A stretch of 64,000 nucleotides of DNA from assembly GCA_965209055.1 (NCBI GenBank), contig OZ242374.1, positions 5,024,001-5,088,000 of the forward strand. Direction: 5' to 3'. A program made the position numbers and the translations under genes. This DNA is from Acidobacteriota bacterium. GTDB taxonomy: Bacteria; Acidobacteriota; UBA6911; RPQK01; JAJDTT01. The notes under the pieces are model-generated. The model did not search any database. It was not told the origin of the DNA and saw only the letters and a program-made list of their open reading frames with translations. Positions 59,734 through 64,000 of the stretch are shown here, in pieces; the first letter of the stretch is position 1; every line of letters starts with the position of its first letter.

Positions 59734-60465
59734 TCAAGCATAGCCTTGAATCAAGGGCGTGATAACGATTTCGGGAACGCAGGCTCGCGGCGGAAGCCCG
59801 GCCACCAGCAGGGCGCAAGCCGCCACGTCCTCGGAGCGAAGGATCCGCTCCCGCCGCTCGCGGGGAAACTGCTCCGGGCGGACGTCCAGGATGGGCGTAT
59901 CCACCTCGCCGGGAATGATCACGGTGGAGCGGATCCCGTGGACCCCTTCCTCCAGGTTGGTGGAGTGGGTCAGTCCCACCATCCCGTGCTTGGAGGCCAC
60001 GTAGGCCACTCCCGCCACTTTGGCGGCCCGCTTCCCGGCAATGGAGGAGACATTGATGATGACGCCTCCTCCCAGCTCCTGCATGCCCGGCAGGACGGCG
60101 CGGATGCAATTGAAGGCGCCGGTCAGGTTGACTGCCACGACCAGGTCCCAATCCGAAGGATCGATCCGAGCCAGACTTCTCACGACGGTGTTGATCCCGG
60201 CATTGTTCACCAGCAGGTTCACGGGCCCCAATCGGTCCCGGATCCGCGCGAAAACGCCGTCGACCTGATCTCGTGACGAGACGTCGCAGGCACAGGTCAG
60301 GACCCGGTCTCCCGGCAACTGAGCCGCGACATCCAGAAGTTTCTCCTCGCGCCGCCCGAGCAGAGCCACCGCTGCGCCCTCACGGGCGAATGTCTCGGCC
60401 ACGGCCCGGCCGATGCCCGTACCCGCTCCCGTGACCACTGCTACCTGATTCTTCAGAACGCTCAT
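59734..60465 (-). CDS. Short-chain dehydrogenase/reductase
   Basis: TGAGTGIG, NNAG, YVASK, PGEVDT. Confidence 0.92.
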   Translation of the reverse strand: MSVLKNQVAVVTGAGTGIGRAVAETFAREGAAVALLGRREEKLLDVAAQLPGDRVLTCACDVSSRDQVDGVFARIRDRLGPVNLLVNNAGINTVVRSLARIDPSDWDLVVAVNLTGAFNCIRAVLPGMQELGGGVIINVSSIAGKRAAKVAGVAYVASKHGMVGLTHSTNLEEGVHGIRSTVIIPGEVDTPILDVRPEQFPRERRERILRSEDVAACALLVAGLPPRACVPEIVITPLIQGYA

Positions 60466-60582
60466 CGACCGCCTCCCCGAATTGGCCCCGAGACCATCGC
60501 GTCTTGGCCAAAATACGTATTTCTCATGGTTTCTTCTTGCAGTCCTGTCATCCGCACCTTAACCTCGAAGTGGAGGATAACC

Positions 60583-62124
60583 TTGAAAAAGCTCTCAACC
60601 AAGTTCTTGTTTCGAGTCACCTTCCTGCTGGCGGGCGTCGCCTGCTGGTTCTTCCTGCAGGATCCGGGCGCGACCTTCTCCTCACACGACCAGGGGCCCG
60701 ACCCGGACGAGCGCTTCGTCCTGGAAACGGGTCAGCCGGTGGGTGAACTCTCGTTCGAGGTTCTGGAGGAACTGACCGACATCCATCTGCCCTCCCGGCT
60801 CTACTTCGCCCATGCCGACGGGCGGCCGGAAACTCCCGTGGTGGGACGCTTCGAGAACTATTTGGTGACGGCCTCCGGCCGGGAGCTGAAGACCATACCG
60901 GTGGGCCGGTACGACGTCTACGTGAGCCGCGGCATCGAGTACACCCTGGACCACCAGGAGGTGGAGATCCTGGAAGGGAAACGGACCCATTTCACCTCCA
61001 CCCTCTCCCGGGCCATCGACACCAGCGGCTACATCTCGTCGGATTTCCACCTGCACCTCCAATTCGCCATGCGGGACGGCGCCATCGTCTCGGCGGCGGC
61101 CGGACTGGACCTGCTCACCGCTACCGATCACAACATCCTCAAGGATTATTCTCCCTACATCGAGGAGTTGAACCTGGGCCGGTTCATGTCCTCGGTGGTG
61201 GGGTCGGAGATAGACACGGCGTTCGGTCACTTCAACAGCTTTCCCATGTCGCTGAACCGGTGGCAGGAACGATCGTATCGCTACTCCATTCTTACTCCGG
61301 GAGAATTCCTCCGGTTGATGCGGCAGAACCCGGGCGACGAGATCGTGCAGATCAATCATCCCCGGTACGGCACGACCAAGGGCGGCTACTTCAACACGCG
61401 GCTCAACCGGGACACCGGAGAGATCGAGTATCCCTTCTTCGAAACCAGCTTCAATCAGGTCGAGGTCTACAACGCACTCACCGTATTGGAGGACCGGGAG
61501 AATCCTCGATTCGGCCGCAACCAGAGGCTGGACCAGAATCTGAAGGACTGGTACAGCCTGCTCAACCGGGGGATCGCCATCACCGGCGTGGGCAACACCG
61601 ACGCCCACCGCTATCCCAGCGAGTTGCCCGGATATCCGCGCAACTACGTCCTCTCGGACACGGACAAACCCTGGGAGATCGATCCCTACGAGGTGGTCGA
61701 TGCGTTGAAGCGGGGCGCGTCATCCGCTTCGCTGGGCCCCTTCATCCGCTTCACCGTCGACGACGGCGTCCAGATGGGCTCCACACACACCGCCCGGGAC
61801 GGCTCGGTGATGGTGCACGTCAACGTCCAGAGGGCCCCCTGGATTCCGCTGGACCGGGTGGAGATCGTGGCCAACGGCAAGGTGCTCAAGACACTCTCGA
61901 CCGAGGAGGCGCCGGAGGGCACGCGGCACCATTGGGACATCGAGGTCAAGGCCGACCAGGACACGTGGTTACTGGTGCTGGCCACCTCCGACCGGCCCTG
62001 GGAGAAGCCCTTCACCCACTTCAGCTCGTTCGCCTTCACCAATCCCATCTGGGTGGACTTCGACGGAAACGGCTATTTCGATCCTCCCAATCCCGGCTAT
62101 CCCGCCAACGAGACGGCCGAGTAA
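60583..62124 (+). CDS. CehA/McbA-like PHP-fold metallohydrolase
   Basis: SRGIEY, SDFHLH, TDHN, GHFNSFP, QINHPR, GNTDAH, GYPRNY, AFTNPIWVD; TTG start after a GGAGG RBS. Confidence 0.85.
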   Translation: MKKLSTKFLFRVTFLLAGVACWFFLQDPGATFSSHDQGPDPDERFVLETGQPVGELSFEVLEELTDIHLPSRLYFAHADGRPETPVVGRFENYLVTASGRELKTIPVGRYDVYVSRGIEYTLDHQEVEILEGKRTHFTSTLSRAIDTSGYISSDFHLHLQFAMRDGAIVSAAAGLDLLTATDHNILKDYSPYIEELNLGRFMSSVVGSEIDTAFGHFNSFPMSLNRWQERSYRYSILTPGEFLRLMRQNPGDEIVQINHPRYGTTKGGYFNTRLNRDTGEIEYPFFETSFNQVEVYNALTVLEDRENPRFGRNQRLDQNLKDWYSLLNRGIAITGVGNTDAHRYPSELPGYPRNYVLSDTDKPWEIDPYEVVDALKRGASSASLGPFIRFTVDDGVQMGSTHTARDGSVMVHVNVQRAPWIPLDRVEIVANGKVLKTLSTEEAPEGTRHHWDIEVKADQDTWLLVLATSDRPWEKPFTHFSSFAFTNPIWVDFDGNGYFDPPNPGYPANETAE

Positions 62125-62206
62125 GAGGAATCAGGCGGGACCGGACTCGACGGACCTACGGGAGGTCTTCACCTGAATCGGTGCGGTGGTCCGGAGGTCG
62201 TCTGCC

Positions 62207-63649
62207 CTACTCCTCCTCCGCGGGCTGGGTCTTCCTGGACAGGCCGGCGGCGACCTTCTGGGCTTCCGACACCTGATCGTCGGACATCTTGGGACTGAGC
62301 CAGTTCTTGGTCCGGATTGCATTCTCGTTGCCATTCTCCGAGGCCAGGATAATCCAGGCATAGGCCTGAACCTCGTCCTTAGGCACCCCCCAACCGTTGG
62401 CGTACATGACTCCCAGGTTGTTTTGGGCCCGGGCCTCGCCCTGCCGTGCGGCTTTCCGGTACCAGGTCACGGCTTCGCGATCGTCCTCCGGAACTCCCCA
62501 GCCATTGGCGTATCTGAAGCCCAGGTTGTATTGAGCGCCGGCGTCTCCCCGCTCGGCGGCCCGCCGAAACCACTTGAGGGCCTCACCGGCGTCCGCCTGC
62601 ACGCCCCGGCCTTCCGAGTACATGTCGCCCAGACTGAATTGAGCGCCGGCTTCGCCCTGCTCGGCGGCCTTCCGGTACCAATTCGCGGCTTCGCCCACAT
62701 CTTTGGGCACTCCCCGGCCCGAGGCGTACATGTCGCCCAGGTTGAATTGGGCGCCGGCGTCTCCCTGATCGGCGGCCATCTGATACCACTTCACGGCTTC
62801 CTGGTCGTCCTTCGAGACGCCGCGGCCGCTGGCGTACATGACGCCGAGGTTGTTCTGGGCGCGGGCCTGGCCTTTCTCGGCGGAACTCCGATACCACTTG
62901 ACCGCCTCCGCAACATCCTCCGGCACGCCGCGGCCTTCCGCGTACATGTCGCCCAGGAACAGTTGCGCGCGGGCGTGGCCCTGCTCGGCGGCCATCTGGT
63001 ACCACTTCGCCGCCTCGACGGCGTCCTCCGGCACGTCCCAACCGTTGGCGTACCGGAACCCAAGGTTGTATTGGGCCCGGGCGTCTCCCTGCTCCGCCGC
63101 CTTCAGATACCACTTCACCGCCTCGCCCGGGTCCTTCGCCACGCCCCGGCCGATGAGGTACATGACGCCCAGGTTGTATTGCGCGCGGCCATGGCCCTGC
63201 TCGGCAGCTTTCAGGTACCACTTCGCCGCCTCGGCGGCATCCTTCAGCACACCCCGGCCGTTGGCATACCTGACTCCCATGTTGTACTGAGCGCGGGCGT
63301 CTCCCTGCTCCGCCGCCTTCAGGTACCACTTTGCGGCCTCGGCGGCATCCCTCGGCACGCCCCGGCCCGTGACGTACATGACGCCCAGGTTGTATTGAGC
63401 CAGAGCGTCTCCTTGTTCGGCCGCTCTTCGATACCACTTCGCGGCCTCCTCAGGGTCCCTCGGCACGCCCCGGCCCGTGGCGTATCTGAAGCCCAGGTTG
63501 AACTGAGCGCCGACGTCTCCCTCTTCGGCGGCCTTGCGCAGCTCTTCCAGATCCTGGGCGGCGACGGTTCCGAGTTGAAATGCGGTCAGAACGGCGAGGG
63601 TGACGAGCCAGAGTGCAATTTGGCGCGGGCGAGTACTACGCTGCGTCAT
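62207..63649 (-). CDS. Secreted Sel1-like repeat protein
   Basis: Signal-peptide-like N-terminus, 11 counted 36-aa AAEQG.A.AQYNLG..Y..G.GV repeats and an AYAW cap. Confidence 0.95.
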   Translation of the reverse strand: MTQRSTRPRQIALWLVTLAVLTAFQLGTVAAQDLEELRKAAEEGDVGAQFNLGFRYATGRGVPRDPEEAAKWYRRAAEQGDALAQYNLGVMYVTGRGVPRDAAEAAKWYLKAAEQGDARAQYNMGVRYANGRGVLKDAAEAAKWYLKAAEQGHGRAQYNLGVMYLIGRGVAKDPGEAVKWYLKAAEQGDARAQYNLGFRYANGWDVPEDAVEAAKWYQMAAEQGHARAQLFLGDMYAEGRGVPEDVAEAVKWYRSSAEKGQARAQNNLGVMYASGRGVSKDDQEAVKWYQMAADQGDAGAQFNLGDMYASGRGVPKDVGEAANWYRKAAEQGEAGAQFSLGDMYSEGRGVQADAGEALKWFRRAAERGDAGAQYNLGFRYANGWGVPEDDREAVTWYRKAARQGEARAQNNLGVMYANGWGVPKDEVQAYAWIILASENGNENAIRTKNWLSPKMSDDQVSEAQKVAAGLSRKTQPAEEE

Positions 63650-63869
63650 CGTCGGCTTCAAATATAATACCGAAATCCAACCCCGATGTCCGGGACCCTC
63701 CAAGCCCTGGTCACAAAAATCATCTACCTGGAGCGAAACGGTCACAAAAGAGCGGAGACGACGAAACGAATACGAACGGGACGTGTCTCCATGTCCGTCC
63801 AGCCGACGTCATCGTCTTGCAGAGGAGTGATAAATCGGAGGTGATGCGGTTGGCGGCCGCGGCGGTCTC

Positions 63870-63898
63870 TTGAAAGCGCACCGGCCCTCCGATAACAT
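63870..63898 (+). promoter_or_regulatory. Sigma70-type promoter upstream of the riboswitch
   Basis: TTGAAA, 17-bp spacer, TAACAT. Confidence 0.55.
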
Positions 63899-63934
63899 GA
63901 CCGGTCGAGTCCCGGCTTGCGGGCCCGAAACCAA

Positions 63935-64000
63935 CTTTGGGGGAGCTGAAGCCCGGCTGAGAGGATGGAAGAAATCCATCGACCCCATGAACCTGTTCGG
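63935..64000 (+). ncRNA. TPP riboswitch (THI box), 3' end cut by the window
   Basis: GGGGAGC..GGCTGAGAG, hairpin GATGGA/TCCATC, then GACCC..TGAACCTGTTCGG; this matches the conserved CUGAGA and GAACCUG blocks. Confidence 0.85.

Noticed and set aside
63762-63776. GAAA-N7-GAAC resembling a direct-repeat LexA box
   Set aside because: Imperfect single match that is not upstream of a repair gene; likely chance.

Overview
High-GC bacterial chromosomal window. An Acidobacteriota-like, probably host- or sponge-associated organism is an inference from protein style only. The left third is housekeeping: ABC ATPase, ispG, gap-pgk-tpiA-secG-tRNA-Leu(GAG), lpxL-like, Lhr, manC, glcE/glcF, LOG, hemW and lepA. 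The middle is accessory and holds a secreted ankyrin protein, an AddB-like/AddA-like nuclease-helicase pair and a visibly lower-GC cassette: lexA paralog, then an SPL-like radical SAM gene, then a TcmP-like gene broken by a 2-bp duplication. The cassette has a sigma70-type promoter with a perfect 22-bp palindrome spanning the -35/-10 spacer, and a complete IS5 element (TTAA target duplication) sits directly upstream of the -35 box. The right part has a secreted LRR chimera, an MFP plus two-RND efflux operon, a catabolic cluster (two CehA/McbA-like hydrolases, TauE, M81/MlrC, two DapA-like aldolases, HpcH, cupin, SDR), a Sel1-repeat protein and a TPP riboswitch cut by the window end. A family of GGAR-hairpin REP-like palindromes occurs at four loci. 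No CRISPR array was seen. The best candidate for an undescribed system is the LexA / SPL-like radical SAM / TcmP module with its own operator. All family assignments come from motif recognition by eye; no database search was run.
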